The position numbers were made by a program, and so were the translations under genes. Below are positions 34,244-45,979 of a DNA stretch of 64,000 nucleotides, in pieces (within the stretch, counting starts at the first letter, position 1; every line of letters starts with the position of its first letter). The stretch is taken from contig JALOAG010000008.1 in NCBI GenBank assembly GCA_023228875.1, forward strand, positions 19,163 through 83,162, read 5' to 3'. The notes beneath the pieces were generated by a model, which searched no databases, was not told where the DNA came from, and worked only from the letters and a program-made list of their open reading frames with translations. This stretch comes from Bacteroidia bacterium. GTDB taxonomy: Bacteria > Bacteroidota > Bacteroidia > NS11-12g > UBA955.

Positions 34244-34669
34244 TTGATTATCTTTGGACTGAGAATCATGAGATACTCTTTTTCTTTTTTGGAATTTAAA
34301 ATAATACTTGTTTCCCTTATGTTGAGTGTATCATCATGTAGTAAAGAAATTAGAATAAAGAATGATCTTGTCGGCTTGTGGAATTTAGATATTGTTTATC
34401 AAAAAGGACGAGATGTTACCAAGCAGTTTTATGAATTTAATTATACCCTGTTATTAGAAAGCAATCAGCACTTTACTCTTTATATGGATAGCCAAAAGAT
34501 TTTGGGTGAATGGCAATACAGCCGTTCAAAGAATCAAGTGTTTTTGACCAATGAAAACGGATTTGAGAAGACTTTCAATTTTGTGAATATTGATGCGTAT
34601 GAGTTAGTGCTTAGCGAAATTGTTGATGACAATCTTCTCACAGTCATGTATTTTGTCAGACGCAGTTAA
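34244..34669 (+). CDS. hypothetical small lipoprotein, lipocalin-like
   Basis: It has a signal plus lipobox (SVSSCSK) and no catalytic motif. Confidence 0.4.
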   Translation: MIIFGLRIMRYSFSFLEFKIILVSLMLSVSSCSKEIRIKNDLVGLWNLDIVYQKGRDVTKQFYEFNYTLLLESNQHFTLYMDSQKILGEWQYSRSKNQVFLTNENGFEKTFNFVNIDAYELVLSEIVDDNLLTVMYFVRRS

Positions 34670-34739
34670 GCCCATTTTTTTAATCAAGAAAACTATTGCA
34701 TTAATTTGAGTCTGTCTCCATAGTTACACTTTAGTATCT

Positions 34740-36506
34740 TTGCCGCCACAAATGAGTTTGCTTGAAAAGATAAATTCTCCTTCCGACTTAAAAAAATTAA
34801 CCCAAGATGAATTGCAAAGCTATGCTGATGAATTACGAGGGTTTGTTATTGATACAGTCAGTAAAACCGGAGGACACTTAGCTGCGAACTTGGGTGCAGT
34901 TGAGTTGGCAGTAGCTATTCACTATGTGTTTAATACTCCTGAAGATAAGGTTGTCTGGGATGTTGGACACCAAGCATATCCTCATAAAATTATTACAGGA
35001 AGAAGAGAAGTCTTTAGCCAACTCAGACAGTTTCAAGGTATTTCTGGTTTTCCCAAAATGAATGAAAGTCAATATGACGCTTTTGGAACAGGACATTCAT
35101 CCACATCCATATCCGCGGTTGTTGGAATGGCACAAGCAGACAAATTATTAGGAAAATCAAATTGCCATATTGCCGTTATCGGAGATGGTGCATTGTCTGC
35201 CGGACAAGCGTTTGAAGGATTAAACAATCTTGGCTTTTTGAAATTACCGGTCATTGTAATTTTGAATGATAACCATATAGGAATTGACCCGGTGGCGGGT
35301 GCACTCAATAATTATTTAAAGTCATTGGAAGAGGGGCAACCTAATTTGTTCACCCGACTTGGTTTTGCATACAAAGGCGGGATTGACGGACACAATTTAG
35401 CACAACTTATCAGTGTCTTGTCAGAAGCAAAAAATACTACGATTCCGATTCTGCTGCATGTAAAAACAGTGAAAGGCAAAGGGTTTGAACCTGCAGAGCG
35501 TGAACAAACACGTTGGCACTCTACCAGCGGATTTGATAAAATTAATCCATTGGGGCAACATGCGGTTAAAGCAGGGATGAAATACCAAGATGTTGCCGGC
35601 AAAAAGTTGCTTCAACTTGCGCAATTACACCAAGATGTAGTAGCAGTTACACCTGCTATGATTAGTGGTAGTTCTTTGCATTTCATGCAGCAAGCGTTTC
35701 CTGAAAGGGTATTTGACGTAGCCATTGCAGAACAGCACGCTGTAACGTTTTCCGCAGGCATGGCAGCAAGCGGATTAAAACCATTTTGCTTTCTCTATTC
35801 TACTTTTATGCAAAGAGCAATGGATCAAATCATTCATGATGTTTGCTTGCAGCATTTACCTGTTGTTTTTTGCATAGACAGGGCAGGATTGGTTGGGGAA
35901 GATGGTGCTACTCATCATGGTGTTTTTGATTTGAGTTTGCTACATGCTATTCCGAATACCGTGATTTGTACTCCATCTTCGGTTCAAGATTTGGAAACAA
36001 TGATGGAGTTTGCTTACTCTTATTCGCACGGTCCGGTCTTTATTCGATATCCGCGCGGTACGGGTAAGGAGACTGAACTTGATAGTGCACTTTTCGAGTT
36101 GGGTAAAGCGCAGATTGTTCGGCAGGGGGAAGATATTGCATTACTTTCCTTCGGAACAATTCGCGACCGTGTAGATGCGGTTGCAGAGAATTTATTAATG
36201 AATGGAATAAATCCTACCATTGTTGATATGAAGTTTCTCAAACCCTTGGATACCGAAATGCTGACAAGACTACTGTCTGACCACAAATTGTTTTGTACAT
36301 TTGAGGATGGTGCTGTTGTAGGCGGTGCCGGTTCAGCAGTTAGTTTATGGTTGCACCAAAATGGTTTAGAAAACAAAATGTACTGTTTTGGGATTCCTGA
36401 TGAGTTTGTTACACAAGGCAAAACTGAGCTGTTATTTGATTACTATGGTCTGAAAGTGGAAGAGATGAGCAGGCACATTCTTAAATTTGTGCAACAAAAT
36501 CAATAA
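34740..36506 (+). CDS. dxs: 1-deoxy-D-xylulose-5-phosphate synthase
   Basis: It has the thiamine-diphosphate motif (GDGALSAG...N), a transketolase-like layout and the HQAYPHKIITGRR block. Confidence 0.9.
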   Translation: MPPQMSLLEKINSPSDLKKLTQDELQSYADELRGFVIDTVSKTGGHLAANLGAVELAVAIHYVFNTPEDKVVWDVGHQAYPHKIITGRREVFSQLRQFQGISGFPKMNESQYDAFGTGHSSTSISAVVGMAQADKLLGKSNCHIAVIGDGALSAGQAFEGLNNLGFLKLPVIVILNDNHIGIDPVAGALNNYLKSLEEGQPNLFTRLGFAYKGGIDGHNLAQLISVLSEAKNTTIPILLHVKTVKGKGFEPAEREQTRWHSTSGFDKINPLGQHAVKAGMKYQDVAGKKLLQLAQLHQDVVAVTPAMISGSSLHFMQQAFPERVFDVAIAEQHAVTFSAGMAASGLKPFCFLYSTFMQRAMDQIIHDVCLQHLPVVFCIDRAGLVGEDGATHHGVFDLSLLHAIPNTVICTPSSVQDLETMMEFAYSYSHGPVFIRYPRGTGKETELDSALFELGKAQIVRQGEDIALLSFGTIRDRVDAVAENLLMNGINPTIVDMKFLKPLDTEMLTRLLSDHKLFCTFEDGAVVGGAGSAVSLWLHQNGLENKMYCFGIPDEFVTQGKTELLFDYYGLKVEEMSRHILKFVQQNQ

Positions 36507-36516
36507 ATATTTTTGA

Positions 36517-37242
36517 ATGAAAGCAACGATGAAAGTAGAGATATGGAGTGATGTGATGTGTCCTTTTTGTTACATTGGTAAGAGGTACTTTGAGGCAGCA
36601 CTGAAACAATTTACTCATCAACAAGAGTTAGAGGTGGTATGGAAAAGTTTTCAACTGGATCCTACCATTCCTGAAGTTATTGAACATAAGCAGAATGTTT
36701 ACGAATATCTTGCACAAAGTAAAGGAATAAGCGTTGAACAGTCAGTCTCAATGCATGAAAGAGTGCGGGAAATGGCAGCAAATGCCGGATTGCACTATAA
36801 TTTTGATAAATTGGTAGTTGCCAATTCTTTCAAAATTCATCGTATGATTCAATATGCAAAAACACATGGGCTTGGGGACACGGCTGAGGAGGTGTTTTTT
36901 GAGGCTTATTTTATTAACGGAAAAGATTTGGCAGACACTCAAACACTGATATCCTTAGGAGAACAGATTGGTTTGACAAAGGCGCAAGTCAATGAAGCAC
37001 TTACAAATGATGAATTTGCTTATGCAGTTAAGCAAGATATCATGGAAGCACAGAGCTTGGGTATTAGCAGTGTTCCTTTCTTTGTCTTTGATAGGAAATA
37101 TGGAATTGCAGGAGCGCAACCCATTGAATCATTTATTCAGACTCTCAATCAGTCTTATGAAGAATGGGCAAAGACCAATCACATTGCCAATCTCAAAGTA
37201 CAAAATGGTCCGGCATGTTCAACAGACGGACACTGCGAGTAA
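36517..37242 (+). CDS. DsbA-family dithiol oxidoreductase (FrnE-like)
   Basis: It has a CPFC active site near the N-terminus (SDVMCPFCYIGK). Confidence 0.8.
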   Translation: MKATMKVEIWSDVMCPFCYIGKRYFEAALKQFTHQQELEVVWKSFQLDPTIPEVIEHKQNVYEYLAQSKGISVEQSVSMHERVREMAANAGLHYNFDKLVVANSFKIHRMIQYAKTHGLGDTAEEVFFEAYFINGKDLADTQTLISLGEQIGLTKAQVNEALTNDEFAYAVKQDIMEAQSLGISSVPFFVFDRKYGIAGAQPIESFIQTLNQSYEEWAKTNHIANLKVQNGPACSTDGHCE

Positions 37243-37245
37243 GTA

Positions 37246-38019
37246 TTACTTGTATTTATTTATCAACTCTGTCAGTTGCTCATAGCTGTGTAAACCGGCT
37301 TGATTATAAAGAACCTCGTTGTTTTTGAACAATATCAGCGTTGGGATTGCTGAAATTTGATATTTCTCGGCTAATGCTTGCTCATTATCAGTATTGATTT
37401 TTAATACAGTAACGTCATCAGTTCTTTCTTTTTTGATGCGGTTAACATCGGGTTCCATGATTTTGCAAGGTCTGCACCAGTCAGCATAGAAATCAACCAT
37501 GACAAGTTTGTCTCCTTTAATCTCTTCATAAAATTTCTCGGATGCAGAAAGCCTTTTTTCGCCTGTTTGAGGGTCTGTATTGGCAGTTGGTAAACCTGCA
37601 TTTCTCCAACCTAATAGACCTTGGTTCAGTTCTTTTACTTTGAAGCCTAATTTTGATAATCTATTACCAGCGTCTTTGCTTCTTGACCCGGAAAGACAAT
37701 ACACATAAATGGTTTTGTTTTTGTCTAAACTTGAAACTTGATTTTCAAATTCGGGACTGTTAACGTCTATGTTTTGTGCGCCTTCAATCCTGCTAACATT
37801 GTATTCTTGTGGAGTACGCACATCAAGTAAAATTGCATTACCCGATTCATTTTGATACTGTGTTTGAAACTCTTGAGGGGATAAGCTGGCAATCTCACTG
37901 TTTTGTGAACATGAACTGATTGTTAAGATTGCGAAAAAAAGTGAAAATAAATAAGTGGTTTGCTTGATCATATTACTTGGGTTGTTTAGTACAAAATTAG
38001 AATAGTAATTCTCTTTCAT
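37246..38019 (-). CDS. lipoprotein with a rhodanese domain and a thioredoxin domain
   Basis: It has a lipobox, a rhodanese active-site Cys (YCLSGSRS) and a thioredoxin WCRPCK motif. Confidence 0.7.
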   Translation of the reverse strand: MKENYYSNFVLNNPSNMIKQTTYLFSLFFAILTISSCSQNSEIASLSPQEFQTQYQNESGNAILLDVRTPQEYNVSRIEGAQNIDVNSPEFENQVSSLDKNKTIYVYCLSGSRSKDAGNRLSKLGFKVKELNQGLLGWRNAGLPTANTDPQTGEKRLSASEKFYEEIKGDKLVMVDFYADWCRPCKIMEPDVNRIKKERTDDVTVLKINTDNEQALAEKYQISAIPTLILFKNNEVLYNQAGLHSYEQLTELINKYK

Positions 38020-38059
38020 TACTCTTTATCTATAAAAGTCGGATTGTTTAGATTGAAAA

Positions 38060-38344
38060 TTAAAGCCCTAAGCCGCCTGCAATACCTGCAAACTCACCCT
38101 TTAACTGCGTGCTGAGTTCATCTTGTGCAGCATTAATCACTAATGCGAGCATCTCTTCAATTTCTTGTTTGCTTTTGTTTGTAAAAAAATCATCTGCAAA
38201 GGTGATACTTTCTACTTTGTTTAATCCGCTAAGAACAACCTTGATTCCAAGGTTTTCTTTTACTACTCTCATCTGACCTAATTTGGTTTTCATCTCTTCC
38301 GCTTGTTTCTTTAGTTCAAGCATTTTGCTAATGTTTCCGAACAT
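38060..38344 (-). CDS. YbaB/EbfC family nucleoid-associated protein. The start is set at MFGNISKM.
   Basis: MFGN...MLELKKQAEEMKTKL matches the YbaB N-terminus and the length is ~95 aa. Confidence 0.8.
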   Translation of the reverse strand: MFGNISKMLELKKQAEEMKTKLGQMRVVKENLGIKVVLSGLNKVESITFADDFFTNKSKQEIEEMLALVINAAQDELSTQLKGEFAGIAGGLGL

Positions 38345-38429
38345 AATGTTAAGTTTTTTCGGTTGCAAAGATAGCCAAGCCGTAATTATGGTAATACATT
38401 GTATTTTTCAATTTCTTTGCAAACGCAAA

Positions 38430-39080
38430 ATGGGAAAGGGAAAACTCCAAAAATTTGCTGAATACAATGCAATGGAACATGCTTTTGATGCAAAAGATAC
38501 GCATCTGAAAGGAAAGTGGAGTAAAGAGGTGTTTAACAATCAAAACCCGATAGTGCTTGAATTAGCGTGCGGCAGGGGTGAATATTCAGTAGGGCTGGCA
38601 GCAATGCATTCTGATAAAAATTTTATTGGAGTAGATATCAAAGGAGCACGACTGTGGAAAGGTGCTACCCAAGCATTGGAAAGAGGTTTTCATAATGTTG
38701 CATTCTTGCGCATTCAGATTGAGCAGATAGAGAGTTTCTTTGAAGAGAATGAAGTGGATGAAATTTGGATCATTTTTCCCGACCCTCAACCTCAAGAAAG
38801 TAGAATAAAGAAAAGGCTTACATCGCCACGTTTTTTAGATATTTATAGGAAAATTGCTAAACACAATACAGTGATTCACCTCAAAACGGATTCCCCTTTA
38901 TTGTATGATTATACTAAAGAAGTGATTGCAGAACAAGGATTAACAGTCTTGGATGATATCTCCAATATCAATAAAACGCAGACCATTCCTGATTATTTGC
39001 AAATTCAAACCTATTATGAAAAGTTGTGGCTCAAAGAAAAGCGTGTGATTAGATTCTTGAAATTTGAGTTGAATAAGTAG
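38430..39080 (+). CDS. trmB: tRNA (guanine46-N7)-methyltransferase. The start is at MGKGKLQKF; the upstream part of the listed ORF overlaps ybaB antisense and is not coding.
   Basis: It has the SAM motif VLELACGRGEY, the IGVDIKG block and ~216 aa length. Confidence 0.85.
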   Translation: MGKGKLQKFAEYNAMEHAFDAKDTHLKGKWSKEVFNNQNPIVLELACGRGEYSVGLAAMHSDKNFIGVDIKGARLWKGATQALERGFHNVAFLRIQIEQIESFFEENEVDEIWIIFPDPQPQESRIKKRLTSPRFLDIYRKIAKHNTVIHLKTDSPLLYDYTKEVIAEQGLTVLDDISNINKTQTIPDYLQIQTYYEKLWLKEKRVIRFLKFELNK

Positions 39081-39116
39081 AAAATGTCATATTGGTTTTA
39101 TAAATAACCTATTACT

Positions 39117-40145
39117 TTGCCCGAGCCTGTGAAAAAGCATTTTTGCATATTGATTTTCTTGCTGCTACTTGTCTCGGTATTGGATATCTTGTTTGGTTCC
39201 AGTCGTTTGACATGGCAAGAACTCAAGGAAGGGTTGTTTTTGAATCAGTCTGACAGTGCAGTAAACTTTGTCATATGGAAATATAGAATCCCAAAACTAA
39301 TTACCGCAATGCTTGCCGGTGCCGGATTGGCTGTGAGCGGGCTTTTAATGCAGACCTTGTTTAGAAATCCATTGGCCGGTCCTTATGTGTTAGGCATTAG
39401 TTCCGGTGCAGCATTTGGAGTGAGCTTTGTCATGTTAGGGACAAGTTTTTTACCGCAATATGTAGCCAACTTTCTTAGGCATGATGTAGGGATAAGTATG
39501 GCTGCTTTGTCGGGTACTTTTTTTGTGATGCTGCTGATGATTTGGGTGGCAGGAAGGGTGGGCGGTAATTTTACGATTCTGATTATGGGTTTAATAATCG
39601 GACAGATATTGGGGGCGTTACAAGGTTTGACAAATTTTCTTGCAAATCCGGAAACACTCAAAGAGTTTGTTTTGTGGGGGTTGGGAAGTTTTACCCAAAC
39701 AAATAATTTTCAGAATCTTATTATGCTGTTTGCAGTATTTTTATCGTTATTTGTTGCTATTGTGTATTCAGGAAAACTGAATACATACTTATTGGGTGAC
39801 TTATATGCCAAGTCATTGGGTATTGATTTGAGAAGTTTTAGAAGGGTCGTAATTATTATTACCTGTATTGCTGCTGGAATTATAACCGCATTCTGTGGAC
39901 CTATTGCATTTGTAGGGCTTGCCGTACCTCATCTGGCAAGGCATTTGTTTAAGACGTATAAGCATAGTATGCTCTTGCCGGCTTCTGCTTTGCTAGGAGC
40001 CATTCTTACGGTTGTGTGTGATTTAATTTCACACGTGTTCATAGAGGGCTATATTATTCCGATTAATGTTATTTCTGCCATATTTGGCGGTCCTGTGGTA
40101 GTATGGGTGATTGTCAAACAAAGAGCCAAAATGTATGAAGGATAA
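39117..40145 (+). CDS. FecCD-family iron-siderophore/B12 ABC transporter permease
   Basis: It has ~9 transmembrane helices and a BtuC/FecCD-like conserved glycine-rich region. Confidence 0.8.
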   Translation: MPEPVKKHFCILIFLLLLVSVLDILFGSSRLTWQELKEGLFLNQSDSAVNFVIWKYRIPKLITAMLAGAGLAVSGLLMQTLFRNPLAGPYVLGISSGAAFGVSFVMLGTSFLPQYVANFLRHDVGISMAALSGTFFVMLLMIWVAGRVGGNFTILIMGLIIGQILGALQGLTNFLANPETLKEFVLWGLGSFTQTNNFQNLIMLFAVFLSLFVAIVYSGKLNTYLLGDLYAKSLGIDLRSFRRVVIIITCIAAGIITAFCGPIAFVGLAVPHLARHLFKTYKHSMLLPASALLGAILTVVCDLISHVFIEGYIIPINVISAIFGGPVVVWVIVKQRAKMYEG

Positions 40146-40851
40146 GCACGTTCTTAAAATCGAAAACTTGGTATGGGGCTATGATGCTAAGGGGCTTGTC
40201 AATCAGCCGGTTTCAATTGAAGTGAGCACCCCATCTTTTATATTGTTGTTGGGTGCAAACGGAACCGGAAAATCTACCTTGCTCAAAACGATTGGTGCGG
40301 TGTTAAGACCTGTCAAAGGAGCCTTGTTTTTTAATGGTGAAAGTATTGAAAAGTACAAAAAGCGCGGTGGTTTTGTTTCATTTGTCTTTGCACAAAGACC
40401 TCAAGTAGATTTTATGAAAGTCAGTGATTTGGTTTTGTCAGGATTGTATTTGCATCAAAACCCTTTTCTAAAAATCAGTCCGGAGCAAATGCAGCGTTAT
40501 GATTTTGCAGTAAAGGTTACAAGGATTGAGCATTTACAACATCATTTTGTGAATAAGATTAGCGATGGGGAGTTTCAGAAAGTAATGATTGCACGTGCTC
40601 TTGTGCAAGATACACCCTTGATTTTGCTGGATGAGCCTACAGCTTTTATTGATTACAGGAGTAAGAGGGAGTTGTTTTCCTTACTTGCAGAAATTAGCCG
40701 ACAAGAAAATAAAATAATCATTGCATCTACACATGACCCGGATTTGGCACAAGAAAAGGGCGAGGATTTTTGGTTAATAAAAGACCATACATTACATCAG
40801 CTAAATCATACCAACTTAGCCTACAAAAAGTTGAAGGAAGAATTAATGTAA
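40135..40851 (+). CDS. ABC transporter ATP-binding protein, partner of the upstream permease
   Basis: It has Walker A (GANGTGKST), an ABC signature-like (ISDGEFQKV) and Walker B (ILLDEP). Confidence 0.8.
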   Translation: MKDKHVLKIENLVWGYDAKGLVNQPVSIEVSTPSFILLLGANGTGKSTLLKTIGAVLRPVKGALFFNGESIEKYKKRGGFVSFVFAQRPQVDFMKVSDLVLSGLYLHQNPFLKISPEQMQRYDFAVKVTRIEHLQHHFVNKISDGEFQKVMIARALVQDTPLILLDEPTAFIDYRSKRELFSLLAEISRQENKIIIASTHDPDLAQEKGEDFWLIKDHTLHQLNHTNLAYKKLKEELM

Positions 40852-40887
40852 GGCATTGTATCGTACCTTTGCACCACCTTTTTTAAC

Positions 40888-42096
40888 ATGGAAGAAATTA
40901 AGCTAAATACAATAGAAGAAGCTATTGAAGATATTAAAGCAGGCAAAGTAATTATCGTGGTAGATGACGAAGACCGCGAAAATGAGGGTGATTTTTTAAC
41001 TGCTGCACGCAATGTAACACCTGAGGTCATTAACTTTATGGCTAAGGAAGGTCGTGGGTTGATTTGTGCCCCAATATCCGAAGAAATTTCTAATAGACTT
41101 GAATTAGAGTTAATGGTCGGTAAAAACACCGCGCTTTTTGACACCCCGTTTACTATTTCAGTGGATTTGATTGGTGACGGGTGTACCACAGGGATTTCCG
41201 CTCATGATAGGGCTAAATGTATTCAGCGATTAATCCATCCTGATGCTAAACCGGAAGACTTTGCGCGTCCGGGACATATTTTTCCTTTGAAAGCCAGAAC
41301 GGAAGGCGTACTTAGAAGAGCCGGACATACGGAAGCAGCCATTGACCTTGCACAGCTTGCAGGATTTGAACCCGCAGGATGTTTGGTTGAAATTATGAAT
41401 GAAGATGGAACAATGGCACGCTTGCCTGATTTAATGAAAGTGGCTAAGAAGTTTAATCTTAAAATTGTTTCAATCGAAGATTTGATTAAGTACAGAATCA
41501 AGAATGAAAGCTTGATTAAAAAAGAAGTAACAGTGAAACTGCCCACCGCACACGGGGATTTTATGCTTACTGCTTATACACAAATCAATACAGGGGAAGT
41601 GCATTTGGCTTTAGTTAAAGGTGAAATTAAACCTAATGAGCCGGTCTTGGTAAGAGTTCATTCAAGTTGTGTAACCGGTGATATTTTTGCTTCATTCAGA
41701 TGTGATTGCGGTGATCAATTGCATCATGCAATGGAAATGATTGAACACGAAGGAAAAGGAGTTGTTGTCTATATGAACCAAGAGGGCAGGGGCATTGGGT
41801 TAATTAATAAACTCAAAGCATATAAACTTCAGGAACAAGGAATGGATACAGTAGAAGCCAATATTGAATTAGGGTTCAAACCTGATCAGCGTGATTATGG
41901 TGTGGGTGCGCAAATCTTGAGAGATTTGGGAGTGAGTAAAATGCGCCTGATGTCTAACAATCCCAAAAAACGCACAGGGCTGATTGGTTATGGTTTGGAG
42001 ATTGTAGAGAATGTGCCTATTAAGATTCATTCAAATCCTCATAACGCTTGTTACTTGGAAACCAAGAAAGAAAAAATGGGACACGAACTAGATTAA
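40888..42096 (+). CDS. ribBA: bifunctional 3,4-dihydroxy-2-butanone-4-phosphate synthase / GTP cyclohydrolase II
   Basis: The DHBP synthase N-terminus ([11 protein letters not shown]) is fused to the GCHII zinc motif (CxCGDQLH...). Confidence 0.9.
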   Translation: MEEIKLNTIEEAIEDIKAGKVIIVVDDEDRENEGDFLTAARNVTPEVINFMAKEGRGLICAPISEEISNRLELELMVGKNTALFDTPFTISVDLIGDGCTTGISAHDRAKCIQRLIHPDAKPEDFARPGHIFPLKARTEGVLRRAGHTEAAIDLAQLAGFEPAGCLVEIMNEDGTMARLPDLMKVAKKFNLKIVSIEDLIKYRIKNESLIKKEVTVKLPTAHGDFMLTAYTQINTGEVHLALVKGEIKPNEPVLVRVHSSCVTGDIFASFRCDCGDQLHHAMEMIEHEGKGVVVYMNQEGRGIGLINKLKAYKLQEQGMDTVEANIELGFKPDQRDYGVGAQILRDLGVSKMRLMSNNPKKRTGLIGYGLEIVENVPIKIHSNPHNACYLETKKEKMGHELD

Positions 42097-45000
42097 AGGT
42101 TCTTCGTGTTAATCTTTACATGAGCATTGATATCTTCTAATCCTCTCAACAATTTCTTGCTTAAGGCTACTTTATATTTGTCAGTTCTTGTTTGCAATTT
42201 GTAGCCAGTTGCCGAAAAATATAAGTTAACAGGGAAATCTCCTTTGTGTGTTTTGAGTAATAAAATTAATTGGTTCAATCTTTCATTATCGGTACTCTGC
42301 ACAGGGAAAGTAACTGTTAAACTGCTTATTTTTTGCTTACTCAGGTCTTGCAACATTCCAAATTCGAAATATTTAGTTCTGATAAAAGACTTTCCTTCTC
42401 CTGCTTTATTTGCATATTCATTTTTTACAAACTCCATTGACATAAAGACTGCTGTTTTTGGCGTAAAAAATTTAGCATAATTCACAAAGTCTTGGTCATA
42501 TAGGCGAAAAGTGTAAGCGTCAGATTTGTCTTCTGCTTCAACAATCAAAAATGGTTTGTTGTTTTTGCCAATTAATTGTTTCACGCTCAAAACATAAAAT
42601 GCAAGTAAAAGCTTTTTACCAATGAGTTTATGATTGTCGCGAAGTGCATATAATGGTGTAACCTTGGTTGCCTGTATTTCTACCTCATATAAATCTAATG
42701 GATGGCTAGAAAGAAACAGTCCGGTAATTTTTCGTTCTTCTTCTAACAATGTAAAGTTGGGCAGTGGCTCTACATCGGGGAGCTTAGGTTTGCCTATTCC
42801 GCTTTGAGCCCCTTCTGTACTTCCAAACAATGACACTTGAGATGATTGCTCGGCTTCTTGAGCCGCAGTGCCGTATTTTATTAATAGTTCAATACCGGTT
42901 AGCTCACCTTGATTCGAAATAAAATATTGGCTACGGTGATGTTTTTTGTCAAAATCAAATGCTCCTGAGCGTGCCAAACTGTCTAAGACTCTCTTGTTGA
43001 GCTGTTTTGACTTCACTCTTTTGACCAAGTCAAAGGCATCAGCGTAATTGCCGTTAGATTCTCTTTCTGTAACTATTGCTTCTGCAGCTCCTTCACCTAC
43101 ACCGCTCAGTCCACTTAAGCCAAATCGAATTGCTCCTTTTTTGTTTACCGAAAATTTTACATCACTTTCGTTGATGTCAGGTCCTAATACGTCTATATTC
43201 ATTGACTTACATTCATCCATAAAGAAGGAGAGTTTTGACAAGTCATTTAAGTTGTGGGACAACACCGTAGCCATGTATTCTGCGGGATAGTGGGCTTTGA
43301 GATAGGCTGTTTGATAGGCGACAATAGCATAACATGTTGAGTGGGATTTGTTAAATGCGTACTGAGCAAATTTTTTCCAATCGTTCCAAATTTTTACACA
43401 AGGCTCTTTGTCTAAACCGTTTGCAGCACATCCTTTGATGAATTTTTCCTCCATCTTATTGATGGTATCAATGTTCTTTTTACCCATTGCTTTTCGCAAA
43501 TTGTCAGCTTCTCCCTTAGTAAATCCTGCTAATTTTTGACTTAACAACATTACCTGCTCCTGATAAACCGTAATTCCATAGGTCTCCGCCAGATATTCTT
43601 CCATTTCCGGCAAATCATACACTATGGGTTCTTTGCCTCGTTTGCGTGCTATAAAAGAACTGATATACTGCATCGGACCCGGTCGGTAAAGCGCGTTCAT
43701 TGCAATCAAATCCTCAAGTCTGTCCGGTTTGAGTTCGCGCAAATATTTTTGCATAGGTGGACTTTCAAATTGAAAAGTTCCTATTGTGTGCCCTTGTTTG
43801 TATAGTTCAAAAGTCTTTTTATCTGTCAAAGGTATTGTGTCAAGATCAATCTCAACCCCATGTTTAGACTTGATGAGTTGGATTGCGTCTCTTAATATTG
43901 ACAAGGTTTTTAAGCCAAGGAAGTCCATTTTGATAACTCCGGCTGACTCAATAACGGTACCTTCATATTGGGTTACATACAATTCTGCATCCTTAGCCAC
44001 TGCAACGGGTAGAATGTCAGAAATGTCGCGAGGTGCAATGATAACGCCTGCTGCATGAACTCCTGTGTTACGCGCTGTCCCTTCCAGTTTGCGTGCCTCT
44101 ATTAAAACTTTTGTTTTTAAATCGTCCGGATCCCCTAAAATAATTGCCCGCAGTATTTTTATTTTGTTTAAATCATCAGCAGAAACGCCTTTGGTTTCTA
44201 AACTGTCAATCTGCTCGTCATTACCTGTGAGAGGTCGTTCATACAAATCGTAAAATTTTAACCCTGTCGGGCGGTCAGGAATAAGTTTAGCCAAATAGTC
44301 AGACTCTTTCAAATCTAAGTCCATCACCCGTGCAGTATCTCTAATGCTGGTTTTGGCAGCCATTGTGCCATAAGTAATAATGTTGGCTACCTGATTCTTG
44401 CCATACTTTTCTGACACATAACGCAACACGCGTTCCCGTCCCTCATCATCAAAATCTGTATCAATATCGGGCATGCTGGCTCTGTCCGGATTAAGAAAAC
44501 GCTCAAACAGCAACTCGTATTTAATCGGGTCGATGTTGGTGATCCCAATGCAGTATGCAACCACGCTTCCTGCTGCCGACCCTCTGCCGGGTCCAATAAA
44601 TACACCGTTATTTTTTCCCCAAACAATAAAATCCGAAACAATCAAGAAATACCCTGCAAACCCCATTGTTTTAATGGTGTGTAATTCAAAGTCAATTCGC
44701 TCTTTGACTTTGTCTTCTAAGGAGCCATATCTTTTTTGTGCCCCCTCGTAAGTCAAGTGTTTGAGGTATTCCCATTGGTTCAGTACCCCCGCCTCAATCT
44801 TTTTATCGTTTATAATCTCCCCTTGAGTGTAGATTTTAAACTCATCGGGAATAGGGAAGTCCGGCAACATGATGTCTTTGGTTAAACTCAGCGCTTCAAC
44901 CTTATCTACGATTTCATTTGTATTGTCAATTGCTTCAGGAATGTCCTTGAACAAAGCAATCATTTCGTCCTGCTTTTTAAAATAAAACTCATCATTAGCG

Positions 45001-45776
45001 AATGCAAAACGACCGGACTTGCTAACTCCATCTTCTGCAAAACTAGTTGCTTTTGGGTCGCTAACTTTAGAACCTGTATTGATACAAAGCAAAATGTCAT
45101 GTGCGCTTGCATCCTCGCGTTCTGTGTAGTGACTGTCATTGGATGCAATGGTTTTGAGATTGTATTTTTTTGCAAACCTGAGCAGTACTTCATTCACTTT
45201 GATTTGATCAGGAATGTTATGTCTTTGTATTTCAATATAAAAATCCTCGCCAAAAAGGTTGAGCCACCATTTTAATAACTCTTCTGCCTCTTCTTCGCCT
45301 TTGCGCAGAATGGTTCTGGGAATTTCGGCAGCCAAACAACAACTGGTAGCAATTAATCCTTCATGGTATTTTTCAACCAGTTCCTTGTCAATACGCGGGT
45401 ACTTGCTGTAATAGCCTTCTATATAACCGAGAGAGCAGAGTTTTGTGAGATTGCGGTATCCAACTTCATTCTTTGCCAACATAAGCTGATGGCAGCGTTG
45501 GTCTCTGTCTTCCTTTGTAAATGTCTTGCGATGTCGATCTTCCACCAAATAGAACTCACAACCGATGATCGGTTTCACCTTGGGTTTTCCTTGTGCATCT
45601 TTGTGGTTCCATGCTTCTGCTACAAACTCAAATACTCCAAACATGTTGCCATGGTCTGTAATTGCCACAGCAGGCATGTTGTCCGAAAGTGCTTTCTTAT
45701 AAATATCCTTAATCTTAGCAGCACCATCGAGCAAAGAATATTGTGTATGTACGTGTAAATGAGAAAATTTAGGCAT
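42093..45776 (-). CDS. dnaE: DNA polymerase III alpha subunit
   Basis: It has the PHP N-terminus ([15 protein letters not shown]), polymerase core and OB fold, at 1227 aa. Confidence 0.9.
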   Translation of the reverse strand: MPKFSHLHVHTQYSLLDGAAKIKDIYKKALSDNMPAVAITDHGNMFGVFEFVAEAWNHKDAQGKPKVKPIIGCEFYLVEDRHRKTFTKEDRDQRCHQLMLAKNEVGYRNLTKLCSLGYIEGYYSKYPRIDKELVEKYHEGLIATSCCLAAEIPRTILRKGEEEAEELLKWWLNLFGEDFYIEIQRHNIPDQIKVNEVLLRFAKKYNLKTIASNDSHYTEREDASAHDILLCINTGSKVSDPKATSFAEDGVSKSGRFAFANDEFYFKKQDEMIALFKDIPEAIDNTNEIVDKVEALSLTKDIMLPDFPIPDEFKIYTQGEIINDKKIEAGVLNQWEYLKHLTYEGAQKRYGSLEDKVKERIDFELHTIKTMGFAGYFLIVSDFIVWGKNNGVFIGPGRGSAAGSVVAYCIGITNIDPIKYELLFERFLNPDRASMPDIDTDFDDEGRERVLRYVSEKYGKNQVANIITYGTMAAKTSIRDTARVMDLDLKESDYLAKLIPDRPTGLKFYDLYERPLTGNDEQIDSLETKGVSADDLNKIKILRAIILGDPDDLKTKVLIEARKLEGTARNTGVHAAGVIIAPRDISDILPVAVAKDAELYVTQYEGTVIESAGVIKMDFLGLKTLSILRDAIQLIKSKHGVEIDLDTIPLTDKKTFELYKQGHTIGTFQFESPPMQKYLRELKPDRLEDLIAMNALYRPGPMQYISSFIARKRGKEPIVYDLPEMEEYLAETYGITVYQEQVMLLSQKLAGFTKGEADNLRKAMGKKNIDTINKMEEKFIKGCAANGLDKEPCVKIWNDWKKFAQYAFNKSHSTCYAIVAYQTAYLKAHYPAEYMATVLSHNLNDLSKLSFFMDECKSMNIDVLGPDINESDVKFSVNKKGAIRFGLSGLSGVGEGAAEAIVTERESNGNYADAFDLVKRVKSKQLNKRVLDSLARSGAFDFDKKHHRSQYFISNQGELTGIELLIKYGTAAQEAEQSSQVSLFGSTEGAQSGIGKPKLPDVEPLPNFTLLEEERKITGLFLSSHPLDLYEVEIQATKVTPLYALRDNHKLIGKKLLLAFYVLSVKQLIGKNNKPFLIVEAEDKSDAYTFRLYDQDFVNYAKFFTPKTAVFMSMEFVKNEYANKAGEGKSFIRTKYFEFGMLQDLSKQKISSLTVTFPVQSTDNERLNQLILLLKTHKGDFPVNLYFSATGYKLQTRTDKYKVALSKKLLRGLEDINAHVKINTKNL

Positions 45777-45928
45777 ATTAAAGGGACAAAATGTGCAAAC
45801 AAAAATAGAGGTCTAAACTTCCAAAACCGCTATAGAAAAGTTTTTTTTATAGAGAAGTAATCAACAGCGAAATTGGATAAGTTGTCAGCAATTACTATTC
45901 ATTTGATTCCGTACCCTATAGAAAACAA

Positions 45929-45965
45929 AAAAGGTTGTTCCGTACGGAACAACCTTTTTGTATAA
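45929..45965. terminator. rho-independent terminator downstream of the OMP gene on the minus strand
   Basis: aaaaaaGGTTGTTCCGtaCGGAACAACCtttttg is a 10-bp perfect stem. Confidence 0.7.
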
Positions 45966-45979
45966 GCAATGAATAATCC

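Noticed and set aside
38283-38429. 5' extension of the trmB ORF overlapping ybaB on the opposite strand.
   Set aside because: The extension encodes low-complexity sequence antisense to ybaB. The conserved TrmB sequence begins at MGKGKLQKF (38430).
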